Positions 1-13,049 of a stretch of DNA of 64,000 bases are shown in pieces. The DNA lies in the NCBI RefSeq assembly GCF_006345805.1, contig NC_042999.1, forward strand, positions 48,794,001 through 48,858,000. The letters are read 5' to 3'. Source of the DNA: Octopus sinensis. Its lineage: Eukaryota. Within the stretch, counting starts at the first letter, position 1, and each line of letters opens with the position of its first letter. The translations under genes and the position numbers were made by a program. The notes under the pieces are model-generated. The model did not search any database. It was given only the letters and a program-made list of their open reading frames with translations, and was not told where the DNA came from.

Positions 1-454
1 TTTATTAATCTTATAGATATTACTAATGGTAAATAGTACATATAACGTACTTAGCTCGTTATTTCATATTTCTATATATTAATAACATAATGTTTTAGTT
101 ACATTTCCCTTTCAGGAAATTTCTTTGGAAATATACGTACTTTGCCTGTTTTGTATATTATAACCCTAAACATATATAAACATCCCACGCTTCCTATAGC
201 CCTAAATCGATATTTCCCCTTCATTGATAGCTCCTAAGAACCTTGAGAAGTGATGGTTGAAACCCAGAGTGTTGGAACCTCATCATTCGGCTTTACTAAC
301 TCTGTTCACGTCCGAGTATACGTTAAAACGTACTCGTAACGAGAACAGAAAACAACAGCTTAGGATTCTTCTTTTACGAATGCATTTATTTACTTTCTGT
401 ATCAAAATCATTTTGAACCAAACTTTACGTGTTTATCTTGTTTCATCTTCTCTC

Positions 455-500
455 TTTTACTCTTTTACTTGTTTCAGTCATCTGTGGGCGGCCATGCTGT
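455..500 (-). mobile_element. SINE tail fragment (same family as 7545-7945)
   Basis: ctcttttactcttttacttgtttcagtcat...gcggccatgctg matches the end of the SINE at ~7545-7585. Confidence 0.55.
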
Positions 501-1699
501 TTCTGCTTCCTTCGTATTTTATGCAAATCACGTTTGGAGAATATTATCATTGAGTTTCTGATAGCGCTATATTTGCTGACCTTGCACTTTGTTGCTATTG
601 ATTTTCTGGTATTTCTAAAATGACAATTCCTTTCTCCGTTGCGTCAGAGAAATCGTCATTTATTCCATGACCTAATGGCGCCAACTTTTCGTTAACTCAT
701 CTTCCGATGTATTCACGTCGAAGTTAGAAATGATTGTAATTCCTTTTCCTTTAGAGACCAGTACTTATTGACCGAAGAAAATGTGAGATTACTGCACTTA
801 AGCAAGAACGATTTACATATTTTACTTCCCTACTTCTTTAGTTATATCATGATGACTTTCAGAAATAAGGTTATGAAATATTACTACCCTGAGCATTGCG
901 TCTTAACTTCTTCCTTCACAAAACGCGTACATTCATGGCACTCGAACAATAAATGAACGGTAATATTATTGGAATTTCATTGTGGTTTATTTTATTGTAA
1001 CTTTTTACTATTTCACATTTTTCACTCATATATACGCGCACAGGTTTAATGTATAAATAGGTGCAAATATATTTTTTTATCTCAACAAATTTCTTTGAAA
1101 ATATAGGTTTAAATTTTAACTATTGTGCCTATTTTAAATACATCAGAAACTTTCTAAGAGAAAGATAGAGGTAGATAAATTGGTAGATCGATCGATTGAT
1201 CGATAGAGAGATAGATAAAAGAAAAAAGGATAAACAGACACATAGATACATTCAAATACATACTTAATACATGCACGTACACATACATACAAAGATACTT
1301 ACATACAAAGATTGCATATAGATATATATTGATAGATATATTAAGTGTTCAGTTTTAGCTTAATTCACAGTATTAGTTTAACGGATAATATTATCTCTTG
1401 CCGAGTCAATCCTAGTTGAGCAGTTCCATGATCACAGGCTTTCTACCCATGCTTTTCCACTCTTTTTGATCCTATATAATCATCTCTTATGTAATCCAAT
1501 AAGAACTTTTCATCGTAGAAACTGTAAGGTCTTAATTCAGAAGTAAAATTGTGTTGTGACTACTTACAGTCCAGATCTTGGGTAGAATATTCCCTTTTGT
1601 GTAGAGCAAAGTGTCACTGAATATTTAACCCACTTACTTGCTTACTTGTTTATGGAAGTCTATCTTGACAGATGACAACATCGTCTTTGATCCTTAGGG

Positions 1700-2480
1700 G
1701 TTATCTTGATGGCGTTGGTAGGCCCTCTCGTGGCTGTAAGGCCGATTCTGGAGGCACATGACCCATTACACTGAGAGCAGCTAAGAGGCATCCTACTAAG
1801 ATGAGCTCGTCTAGGATTTTGCTGACGTTCCTTGAGCTGTCTCCGCTTTACTTCACAAAGTCTAGTCCGCTCATCCTCAAAATGTTGTATGCTAGTTTTG
1901 ACCATACCCCTCCGTGTAGTAGGGTCTGTGGCCATTGTTTCAAGTTCTGAGCGTCACATTTTCAGGACCGAGGTGGATGTTCGTCTACGGGTCCATCCAA
2001 CAATGACCATTTTACATATGGCACCTATGTGCAGGACTCCTACTAAAGGCTTCCAACTACATCCTAGTCTGCCCCCTTTGCCAGTTGATCCCATCGCCGC
2101 AGGATTTGCAGAGAGGATGAAAAAGAATGAAAGATGAAAAGCGAAGCTTGTGTTGTGAAAAGTTTAAGGTGCCGGAGAGGATGCACAGTTCTCAACTGCA
2201 CGCACTTGACAGAAGGCGAGTGGGGTTCAATGGCAAGAGGAGTCTCGAGATTATTGACTCTTGTCTTGTTCTGCAACGTGGCTCCGGAGTTGGTGGATAA
2301 GATCCTATACTCCGACTGGGGACCAGCAAGTCCGGTCCTGTTTGCAGGCTTCCTGCGGCAAGCTGACGGAACTCCTCTTTGTCGTAGTTCACGTTTATAG
2401 CCAGCTTGCATGGCATCGCCCACAACCGTCTTCACTGGGAACAGATCCTCTGTTGGGGACTTGCAATAGCAGAGCTCCGT
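1700..2480 (-). mobile_element. RTE-clade LINE 3' remnant (decayed ORF2 C-terminus)
   Basis: Minus-strand ELETMATDPTTRRGMVKTSIQHFEDERTRLCEVKRRQLKERQQ...CSQCNGSCASRIGL resembles the RTE ORF2 tail (WE.LA.DR..WR..V......FE..R) with a terminal CxxC finger; frameshifted. Confidence 0.7.
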
Positions 2481-3164
2481 TAGCCAGGTTTTCAGGATTC
2501 GGGCCCTAAGTATAAATATAAAAGTACAAGCTTTTTCTTTTTAGTTACCCCACACCTACTAAATCAATCGCGGATGTGCAAACTTCAATCCAAAAGCATC
2601 CCCAACATGAGAACAACGTTCCTCACTTGAAAAATCCATATGCCTGAGCATATTTTTCAATATGGTTCTACTTTTCAGAGATGTCAATTCATATTTTAAG
2701 AGAAATTTAGCTACTATTTCCAACAGGTGTGGCATTAACTTGGAAGCTACCTAACTGAATATGCATCTTGATCATTAACATAAATACAATTAAGGTGGGA
2801 GCCGTTGTTTTTGTTGTTAATTTTATTATCGTTGTCGTCGTCATCATTGTGCTACTGTTAGGATTTGGAGAGCCTTCATCTTGCATTACTATAATCATAA
2901 ATATCTAGGTAATATCATGTCGTATTTGTCTGCAAGAGTTTATCAGAGACTGAATTAACAAATACGTCCTTCATTACATGAGAATTTGCCGATTAAAACA
3001 TTATCGTCAACATTGCGATCTGATTATTTGTTCTCATATTTAAATTCTCTTTCTATGTGTTCATACTCAGCTCGAGTTTGAGTAATCTAGTGATGAAAGA
3101 CGTTTCCGCGATGGCTATCCTGCACTAAAGTTGGACATCAACACGAAATTTTGCTTAATGTCAT

Positions 3165-3205
3165 TTGAGATAGGTAGATAGATAGATAGATAGATAGTAA
3201 GAGAA

Positions 3206-3257
<52 letters not shown>

Positions 3258-3278
3258 TAAGATAGATAGATAGATAGC

Positions 3279-3349
<71 letters not shown>

Positions 3350-3415
3350 GTAGGTAGGTAGGTAGGTAGGTAGGTAGGTAGGTAGGTAGGTAGGTAGATA
3401 CAAAGGTAGATAGAT
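3165..3415. repeat. (AGAT)n/(AGGT)n compound microsatellite
   Basis: Direct inspection. Confidence 0.98.
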
Positions 3416-3859
3416 AGAGAGTGGGGGTGAATTGGCTGCTATTTTAACCTCGAAAGATTTTCTCTTTAGCTATTCTGAGTTGCCTGATGGCAGCTTTCCT
3501 TATCAAACAAAACGACGAGAAGGATGCAAAAAACGACAAAACGTATATCAGAATAGATAAGGCTATTTGTGTGAGCGTGTGCGTGCGTGTGTGTGTGTGT
3601 GTGTGCGTGTGTGTATGCGTGTGTGTGTGTGCGTGTGTGCGAGTGTTTATTAGAACTACATTATCCATATATGTTACTTTAAGAATGTATGGTGCCCTTT
3701 CAGGAACATTTAACTGCTTTGGCAAGCATTAAAAGCAAACCGTATGTTTAATGTAGCCACTGTACAGTGTGTTATGTCTCTTTTTATGTATGCATAAGTG
3801 CGTGCTTCTAATGAGTAGCAGAGTTTGGGACAAAGAATTCTGTAGAATGGCTTCAAATT

Positions 3860-4050
3860 TTGGCATAAGACCAGAATAGCGGGGTAAACCGATTACATTG
3901 ACGCAAGTATTCAACTGGTACTTATTTTATCGACCCCGAATGAATGAAAGACAAACACGACGACTTTAGCGGAATTTCACTTCAGGATGTGAAGACAGAC
4001 GAAATGCCGCTTAGCATTTTTCCTGAAGTGCTTACGATTCTGCCAGCTTT
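3860..4050 (-). mobile_element. tRNA-derived SINE (Meta-domain-like core), copy 1
   Basis: Reverse complement reads agctggcagaatcgtaagcac...ctttcattcattcggggtcgataaaataagtaccagttg; homologous to 4270-4430, 28083-28295 and 48595-48750. Confidence 0.75.
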
Positions 4051-4086
4051 TTGATTAGAAAAAAAATGGTGTAGTCACAGGTGGAA

Positions 4087-4255
4087 CACTAACGCACAAA
4101 TGTTAAACCCAGCCCGAAACATTATTCCGACATTAAATTTGTATAGAATTGTAATCTCCCTTGTTGTCGACATATATCGGATTAAAATAAAATAACGTTA
4201 TGTTGAGTAGCTTCTCTAAAGTGGAGATTTCGAAGAGCAAATACAAAAAAATTCA
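4087..4255 (+). repeat. ~170-bp direct repeat, copy 1 (copy 2 at 5329-5495)
   Basis: gttaaacccagcccgaaa...gaattgtaatctcccttgttgtcgacatatatc...aaagtggagatttcgaagagcaaatacaaaaaaa occurs twice. Confidence 0.9.
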
Positions 4256-4269
4256 AGTAACATTAAAAC

Positions 4270-4430
4270 AATTACATTGACGCAACTAATCAACTGGTAC
4301 TTATTTTATCGACCCCGAATGAATGAAAGACAAAGTCGACGACCTTAACGGAAATTGACCTCAGGATATGAAGACAGACGAAATACCGCTTAGCATTTTT
4401 CCCGAAGTGCTAACGACTCTTCAGCTTTCC
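4270..4430 (-). mobile_element. tRNA-derived SINE, copy 2 (near-duplicate of 3860-4050)
   Basis: Near-identical caactggtacttattttatcgaccccgaatgaatgaaagacaaa segment. Confidence 0.75.
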
Positions 4431-5328
4431 TCCGTACAAGGAATGGAGTATAATCTTGAATAATATTCCAAAATTTCTCAAATTTGCATAATGTTAGACC
4501 ACACTCTGACTTGGGAGCTTATTGAATAAATCGAAAATTAGCATATAGATTGTGTGAAATGTGCTTGTTAAGTTCTGTGTGAACAGGCCTATGATCAAAC
4601 GCTTCGTAGCCATGAATTCGATTTGATCAATGTAATCGATGCATTAAATGACCTTAGACTTGATCGAGCAGAATTATAATTGAAGTCATTCCAGCCGTGA
4701 CTATGCCATTCTTCCTAATCAAAAATACAATACATATAGATGCCCATAATCAAATGTGTCCCTTGCTTAGAAACTAAAGTGTGACATGGACATTTCGCTG
4801 CATTTTGCAGTAGGTCAATCATTAATTACTACTTTAATTGTGTCAAACTCTATCTGATATATCGAATATTTCAATGGATTAAATCACATTCAAATAGCGT
4901 TACCTGCGTAAATCATAACTTATTTAAATTATTGTGAATTTTCTTCATCAAAAATAAACGTGCGTTAGCATTTCACATAGTCCCGTTTATAAGAAATATT
5001 TTATTCAGCTCTAATATATAGGAGACAGCAATTCAGAAAGAGATTTAATTTACTGACAATCTCAAATTTTGAAGACTCGTATTTTAAAACTAGCCGTAAA
5101 CCTAAACAATAATCGTAAATATACACAATTTTCTTCAGTAAATATCCCAAGAGTAATTCATATTACTCACTCATAACCATTAATCTAACCAGTATGTCAA
5201 TGCTTACATTCTAACACTAATCCCTAAACATCATCCTTGACACAACATCTATCACAATATCTTATTCCTACACTTATCCTCAATCATAATCTTAAGTTTT
5301 AAACCGGATTGCTAACCCTAACTTAGAA

Positions 5329-5495
5329 ACACTAACCCCCAAAAGTTAAACCCAGCCCGAAATATTATTCCGACGTTAATTTTTTATAGAATTGTAATCT
5401 CCCTTGTTGTCGACATATATCTGATTAAAATAAAATAAAGTTACTTTTAGTAGCTTCTCCAAAGTGGAGATTTCGAAGAGCAAATACAAAAAAAA
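5329..5495 (+). repeat. ~170-bp direct repeat, copy 2
   Basis: Matches 4087-4255. Confidence 0.9.
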
Positions 5496-6689
5496 AAGAA
5501 AAGTAAAATTAAAAAGAAATTGTTTATTTTCATCTTCGGAATTGTAATTTACGACGTTCATAACTTTAAAACTGAAAGTTATTTTCGAACAAATTACAAA
5601 TTAAGAATTTACTCAGGCGGTTCTTGAACTGATAGTCTGCGAATCGAAATTAAAGAGCGTCGGAAGTACCAAAATTGTGCTACTGTATGAACGTGAAGCA
5701 TCCAATATACTTTAAAGTATAATTGTGCATCGTTTCTTCAAGTATCTGCCTGCGAGATGATCTAACAGCTAGGTGGCTTCAAGTTGTTCAGAAAATCGCT
5801 GGTTACTTCACAGTTTCTTTAATGCCCAAAGCAGTGTCTACATATCATAACCAATTTCATCATCGTGCAACATTGATTCTCTATATTCACTTGAAAACAT
5901 AGATACGCAGACACTCATACACACTCATACACACACACACATTATACACACATAAAGACTCAAACCACTACCAATATCTCCACACACACAAACACATACA
6001 CACTCATATATATATATATAAACTCGTCACAATGTTCATACATATGGATATTTGTGTATGTGTGTGACTGAAAGTCTGAGTGTATAAGTGTGTGAGAGTG
6101 TGTATATGAATGTGAAAGTGCGTATGGTGCCGTTCGATCATTAAAATTCTTGTTACTTAATATTTTTCGCATTTTATGTTTCTTTTCGCCCTTGTATTGA
6201 CCTCAGTTCTGGGCATGTGGCCAGCACGAATCCACTTCGCTTTCGCTACTTATTGAGGTATATTTCTAATTAATATCTTTCTGTTCGTCTCCATATATCT
6301 ACTTCTATCTTTCAACAGGTTTCTCTTCCTTGTCATATTGGAATGATCTGTTCTTCTGTGTCGTCCTCTGATTTTCATTTGAAGCTCTGCTTAAATATAC
6401 CAACATATATTTTATGAATATCACATAGATTGTTAAACGCAACAAAGAAGCGATATTTTGTTTATAGAAGTTTCTTTTATAGACGTATAGTGTTAGAAAA
6501 ACAATATGCATCAAAACTAAGCGATTTTGTGTCACCTTAAATATACCTTTCAGGTGTACTGTTTAGTTTCAACAGCATTTATCTTTGAAGGGAACTCCCT
6601 TAGACGAAATACTGCATCTAAAGGTCTTTGCCAACACATTTATAATTAGTAAATAATATAGTACTGCATGTAACACTAACGTGGTGAAG

Positions 6690-6835
6690 GTACCTAACTT
6701 GATGCTCATGGTATTCGGCCCACGGTCGTAGGGTCGTGAGACTGATTCCTGGCGGCGCATTGTGTTCTTGAGCAAGATACTTTCTTTTACGTTGTTCCAG
6801 TCCACTTCTAGAAATGATTAGTACCTGTGTTTTGT
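6690..6835 (+). mobile_element. Decayed tRNA-derived SINE head with CORE/V-like segment
   Basis: cattgtgttcttgagcaagatactttcttttacgttgttccagtccact; homologous to 50168-50420. Confidence 0.55.
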
Positions 6836-7189
6836 ATCACGCGTTCCACTTCCACCTGTCAGCACAGCTTGGACACCTTCTGTGATGCTGAATATCATTG
6901 AGAACTACATCAAATGTAAGCGCGTCGCTCTGCCACACGCACATTATTTTCACGTGCAGGCTATTCCATTGATCGAAGCAACTGGAACATTTTTCGACTT
7001 AACCGACGCAGTGCCAGTACTCAAGCGTTATAATCTTTTATTTCTCCTTACACACGCAGTATACACAACACAGTAAAATTCTTCTAAATTATACAATCAT
7101 TCACTTCTCCTTTCGGTCACTTACCCATCACAACTTCACGCATTTCACGCACATAAGCATAAATACTCCGGATACTCATAATAGCTCAA

Positions 7190-7320
7190 TACCACCATGC
7201 TGGAGCACCGTCTTTAGTTGAGCGAATCGATTCCAGGACTTAATCTTTGTACGCCTAGTACATATTTTATCGGTCTCTTTTGCAGAACCGCTAAATTTAC
7301 GGGATCGTAAACACACTTTG
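7190..7320 (-). mobile_element. SINE fragment (family of 7545-7945)
   Basis: ccatgctggagcaccgtctttagttgagc...tatcggtctcttttgcagaaccgctaa. Confidence 0.7.
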
Positions 7321-7544
7321 ACACATACACTCGGTGTGTGAACATGCAAACCTACATAAAATAACACTCCACTTACACTAGCAAAATGCACATGTAATCC
7401 TTTGACACCCACGCATAAAACCCTCAATTCTCACGGATATACGCATCTACAGAGAAACACAATACAACAGCACCTAAACCCACCTTTCCACATTCATTCT
7501 TCACACACATCCACAAATACACAAGCACACACTCTCATTTTACT

Positions 7545-7945
7545 CTTTTACTTGTTTCAGTCATTTGACTGCGGCCATGCTGGAGCACCGCCTTTAGTCG
7601 AGCAAATCGACCCCGGGACTTATTCTTTTTGTAAGCCCAGTACTTATTCTATCGGTCACTTTTGCCGAAACGCTAAGTGACTGGGACGTAAACACACCAG
7701 CATCGGTTGTCAAGCAATGCTAGGGGGACAAACACAGACACACAAACACACACACACGCATATATATATATACATATATACGACAGGCTTCTTTCAGTTT
7801 CCGACTAACAAATCCACTCACAAGGCATTGGTCGGCCCGGGGCTATAGCAGAAGACACTTGCCCAAGATGACACGCAGTGGGACTTAACCCGGAACCATG
7901 TGGTTGGTTAGCAAGCTACTTACCACACAGCCAGACCTGCGCCTA
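7545..7945 (-). mobile_element. Full-length tRNA-derived SINE with CORE-like segment and internal microsatellite
   Basis: Minus-strand head aggcgcaggtctggctgtgtggtaag (A-box-like) ...ggttccgggttaagtccc (B-box-like), then cttgggcaagtgtcttctgctatagcc; partial copies at 455, 7190 and 62360. Confidence 0.85.
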
Positions 7946-9094
7946 GATTTTCACACACACACATTTTCAAATCTTAACTTAACATTCCAACATTAAAAGG
8001 AAACGCTTTCAAATTGTCGTGTATATCTCTGATACAGTTATACAGACATCGATACTGGCTGCCTTGTTTTATCTGAATACAATTATTCCCGGATATACAT
8101 AATACCTCAATACGTCCTAATGATACGGTAATTTGCAGGAATTTGTTTGTACATTTCCGTACTTCGGCTTTATTTGACAGCTTTAACTCACGATTTGTCT
8201 TCTACCCCTTCAAACTGTCAATTCTGCTTCACCGCTATTCAGTGCTTAGTTTAAAAACAGTCACCCGCACATGCTTATACAGATGCACACGTTACTCCCA
8301 CCAACAAAAATTGCTTAGCACGTTGACCTCCACCTCAAACAATCCACTCTGTTTTTAGTGAAGTCTAATTTCCCGGCCGTTTTTATTTTATATTGCCGCT
8401 TGCACTTGAATCTGACATCTGGCTTCTCACTCCTTCATCACATTTGATGCTTCTTCGACTATTTTACCAGCTTCCTCATCACAATTATTTCTCAGTGGAT
8501 TTTATCATTTGCTTTTACCAACAAACATAGATACACGACGAAACACTGCGTGTGTTTTATCATTGTTTTATCATTTTTCTCCCCTTCACAAAAGTCATAA
8601 ACTTTTGCCTATGTTTCAGTTATCACTTAATCCTTCTCATTTTATCATGAAGCGTTTTCACAGTAACGCCTATTTTTCTTATCATATCTTTCTTCCTCTA
8701 CATTCATCAATGAAATTATTTTCGCACACGCATAAGCGACCACACATCCTTACGTTTACAAATGCTCAACAAATACCCAACAACATTCTACGAAAGCCTA
8801 TACTAAAGCCCAACAACCAACCCACAGCCCAACTAATCACCAACATTGTTTACAAATTTGTACACCTTTATACACACATGAACCACTCGCACAATGCCAG
8901 CATGCGGACACGAACAATGCTCCTTACGGATGCTTCCGGAAAGACACGCTTTTGCTTGCGTCTATGCACTAACCCTACTTCCTTTTAAATTCCGTGAGAC
9001 TACAACAATGCCACCTTCTCTCTAAACCTTCATCGATTATGCCTCGAAGAACAGCAAAGCAAATACATAGAATACTTGACAAGCAGATAGATTT

Positions 9095-9109
9095 ACACAT
9101 GTATATATA

Positions 9110-9145
<36 letters not shown>

Positions 9146-9259
9146 TGTATGTATGTATGTATGTATGTATGTATGTATGCATGTATGTATGTATGTATGT
9201 ATGTGTGTGTATGTATGTACGTATATATGTATGTGTATACATATGTATGCATATATATG

Positions 9260-9290
<31 letters not shown>

Positions 9291-9357
9291 ATGTATGTAT
9301 GTGTATGTATGTATGTATGTATGTATGTATGTATGTAGTTATGTATGTATGTATATA
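9095..9357. repeat. (ATGT)n/(AT)n microsatellite
   Basis: Direct inspection. Confidence 0.98.
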
Positions 9358-9562
9358 GTCTAATTCCCTGTCGTGAAGTATAAAAGGACTTTTTCACCTT
9401 ATCGTAGTACGCTACGGGAAAAATCGACAACAACCACACCAATAAACCACAATTGTTACTGGAAGTTGTTTTTTTCATATTTTCTTCGGACTGCTTGCAA
9501 CTCACTTTCAATTGATATATATGTGTGTATATACATGTGTGTTTGTATTAACCGAATATAAA

Positions 9563-9610
<48 letters not shown>

Positions 9611-9611
9611 C

Positions 9612-9835
9612 ATGGAACAATTCATGCTCAGCCTCAACAGGAAAACCAGTACCTGAATTCCACAGCGAAAGTGAGTGGATGACATCGTAAAAACCATGAA
9701 GCCCAACAAATAGTATGCGGCTGGCCACATCACGCGACTGAAGGACGACAAACGGACAACTAGAATTTCATAAGAGACACTAAAACAAGGGAGAAGATCA
9801 AAAGGTCGATGAAAGACAAGATGTAGAATTGATCT
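9612..9835 (+). mobile_element. RTE-clade LINE 3' remnant
   Basis: MEQFMLSLNRK...DDIVKTMKPNK*YAAGHITRLKDDKRTTRIS*ETLKQGRRSKGR*KTRC resembles the RTE motif W.WAGH..R..D.RWT......G.R..GRP..RW. Confidence 0.7.
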
Positions 9836-9842
9836 GGCGTAT

Positions 9843-10152
9843 TTTTAATGCGCCCTTTTCAAGCCTAGCCAGGCTCATGGGCTCGGTTTCCCGGTTTCTG
9901 TGGTGTATGTGTTCCCCACAGCTGGACCAGACGCCAGTCTATCACAGCGTTACCCAAGAAACACGAAGAAAGAATGAGAAATTGTTGGGGCGAATGAGTA
10001 CAAAGGGGCCGTCACCACCCCCTGCCAGAGCCTCGTGGAGCTTTTAGGTGTTTTCGCTCAATAGACACACACAATGCCCGGTGTGGGAATTGAAACCGCA
10101 ATCCTCCGACCGCAAGTCCGCTCCTCTAACCACTGGATCATTGCGCCTCCAC
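9843..10152 (-). mobile_element. tRNA-derived SINE
   Basis: Minus-strand head gtggaggcgcaatgatccagtggttaga...ggtttcaattcccacaccggg; tail 9843-9960 is the reverse complement of 50330-50420. Confidence 0.8.
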
Positions 10153-10194
10153 ATCTAATCTATTACCTACATAATAAAAGAAGGAAAATTCACG

Positions 10195-11458
10195 TAGTTT
10201 ACATAATTATTTTTATATTTTTCAATATATTTTATAAGTAAACGAGTATTGGGTTTGTCGGCCAGTTTCGCTTTCGCTAATTACGACATTGAAATTAATG
10301 TAATATCGTATTTTCTTAAGAGGATTTTAATCCTTGCTGTGTATTGGGCTTGTAAATGAAAGGAATCAACAGGTAGAAAAATCAACGGTATAATTGGTGA
10401 TCGTTATCATCCGGACACAGGAGACAATTGCTCATTTTAGAGCAATTGAAAAGGTAAATAAGTATACAAAAATTCAAGAACTAAAGTAATACCACACACT
10501 ATCTCAAACCACTCCTATTTATATCAATGCACATCCTTAGAAACAATGAGGCATACAGCACTATATTACAAAATTTACCTATGCTCACTAGGGATCGAAA
10601 AATGAACAATATTTTGAAAATATAAATTCATCAATGCAAAAAGCAACAGAAATCGCTGAAAAGACTTCTGACAAATGCGAAGCTTTACACAACATCTACA
10701 ACCAATGGTTAAATAATGTGGACGTCCAAACTATAGAACAGGCGCGAAATTCTTGTTCAAAGAAGGAGAGAAGTTCATAATTAAAGCCAACTTCACTTGT
10801 GTCTCCGAGAATCTAATTTTTGTTATAACTTGTTCAGGTTATGGACATAACTATGTAGGACAGACAAGTATGGCACTTAGACGGGGAACCACACTAAATA
10901 AGCAATAGATTCGTTTACCACAGTACAGAGAGATTCCTTTGAGTGAGCACATAGAGATGTACAGGTAATATCCAACCAAACTTCACAGTTATCTCTACCT
11001 CCCAGTGCAGAAGTATAGTTTCTATGCAAGAATATTTAAACAAAGAAAATATATTTATCGAAAAATACTGAACACAACTAAATATGAACGCATAACCAGC
11101 TTTGACCTCAGTATATATTTTAATTCATGTTCAAATACACATCACTGTAAATATAATATCTCACTACTTTAGTTTTTGAGGTTTGTATATTTATTTACCT
11201 CTTCCCCAACAATGAGCAGTTACGTACCTTGACCCGAATAATAACGATCATCAACTACCTCCCATACATTATTCTACCTGCTGATTCATTTCACTCACAA
11301 ACCCCGATACACGACATAGGCTAAAATCTCCTTAAGAAAATACGATATTACAATAATATCAATGTCATATTTAGCGAAAGCGAAACCGGTTGACAAGCGC
11401 AATAATCGTTCACTAACAAAAAAAATATATATATAAATGTATCAAAACTATGTAAACT
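10195..11458 (+). mobile_element. Penelope-like element remnant: GIY-YIG endonuclease between inverted terminal repeats
   Basis: 10775-10960 reads FIIKANFTCVSENLIFVITCSGYGHNYVGQTSMALRRGTTLNKQ*IRLPQYREIPLSEHI; 10195-10295 is an inverted copy of 11345-11458. Confidence 0.8.
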
Positions 11459-12734
11459 GTGTGCATTTTCCTTCTTTTATTATATATATATGTGTGTGTG
11501 TATGTGTGTGTTTGTGTGTGTGTGTATGTGTGTGTATGTATGTATATATCTTTACATTACAAATGACTACGTGGGGATAATTGAAATTCTCCTCCTACTT
11601 TTTCTTACTATATACATACACACACGTACATACACACACATATATTCAACTGCATACATGAGTGGGGGTGAGAGAGGGATAGTGAGTGAGCGTGCGTGTG
11701 TGTGAGTGTGCTTGTGAGCATGTATATGTTTACATTTGTATTTATATGGAATTCCTATTAGTAGTTTACCTGAAATATATCGAAAAAATTATATTATAAA
11801 GTAGAAGATTAAAGCTATTATATTGTTATTACGTTCCGTTCGATTATCCATGCAACAATATCACTAATCTGCCTTGCAAATCGCGTAGCTAGAATTAATT
11901 ATGTTAATAGAATTATATTTTCATTATGATCAACATTTTCGTATCATTTTCGTAACCATTGTATTCAATATAATCATAATCGTTACAATAGTCATTGCCT
12001 ACTTATATAGCATAAGACATAACATCGTAATTATGCCCATCATTATTATTATAGTATAGTATCACCGACATCGCGGTTTTTATAAGCAATACCTGTAGCA
12101 TTACGAAGTCTACTGAGCATTGGTATTTTCATAAACATTCGTTCGTAGCATAACAAGAAAAAAATGTTACCAATGAAAACACAGTCATAGGAATATGTTA
12201 AACGATTTCACTATGTAAGAAAACGTATGAAGAAAAAGTAACAGCTAAATTGCTGACTTTAGAAGAAAATAGGTATTAGTTGCAAAAAACACCTGCTTTG
12301 TGTATAGATATATATATGTTAAGAGCGGAACAGTTTAAAAAGAAATTGTAAAATGCTATGAGAATGAATGTATTCATATAGTATGCATATTCGACATACA
12401 AAAACTTAAATTTATATATTCATAAAGATAAAGAAAATCTGTTGATGTATAACTCTAAATATGCACAAACGAATACACACATGCATAAGTATGTATAGAT
12501 AGATAAATATATGTACATCAGTATTATGCATGTATACGCATGTATGTATGAATATACGTGTGTTTGTATGTATGTATGTATGTATGTATGTATATATGCA
12601 AGCATGTATGTATACGTAAGCTCAGATATAAGGACAGTTATAAAGAACATTGTACAGAAACACTTTTATTGCATTAAACCTTGTCTTTCGAGATGTTCAT
12701 ATGTGTGTGTGTGTGTGTATACAGAGATAGATAT

Positions 12735-12739
12735 ATAGT

Positions 12740-12806
<67 letters not shown>

Positions 12807-12835
12807 GTAGATAGATATGTCGATAGGTAGATAGT

Positions 12836-12917
<82 letters not shown>

Positions 12918-12960
12918 TATATATATATAGATATAGATAGATAGATAGATAGATAGATAT

Positions 12961-13014
<54 letters not shown>

Positions 13015-13035
13015 TAGATAGATAGATAGATAGAA
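12735..13035. repeat. (AGAT)n/(AT)n microsatellite
   Basis: Direct inspection. Confidence 0.98.
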
Positions 13036-13049
13036 TGTCTATGGGTGTA

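Noticed and set aside
5560-6560. Weak LRRNT/LRR-like phrases (PKLCYCMN; FEALLKYTNIYFMN)
   Set aside because: Not distinguishable from chance in AT-rich DNA
7870-7945. tRNA-like sequences here and at 10070-10152, 28083-28170 and 50168-50240
   Set aside because: These are A/B-box-bearing SINE heads continuous with SINE bodies; no complete cloverleaf was established
8100-8950. Possible Penelope remnant (FITFDASS; TNIVYKF) and the 159-aa ORF at 8509
   Set aside because: Motifs are too short and degenerate to call
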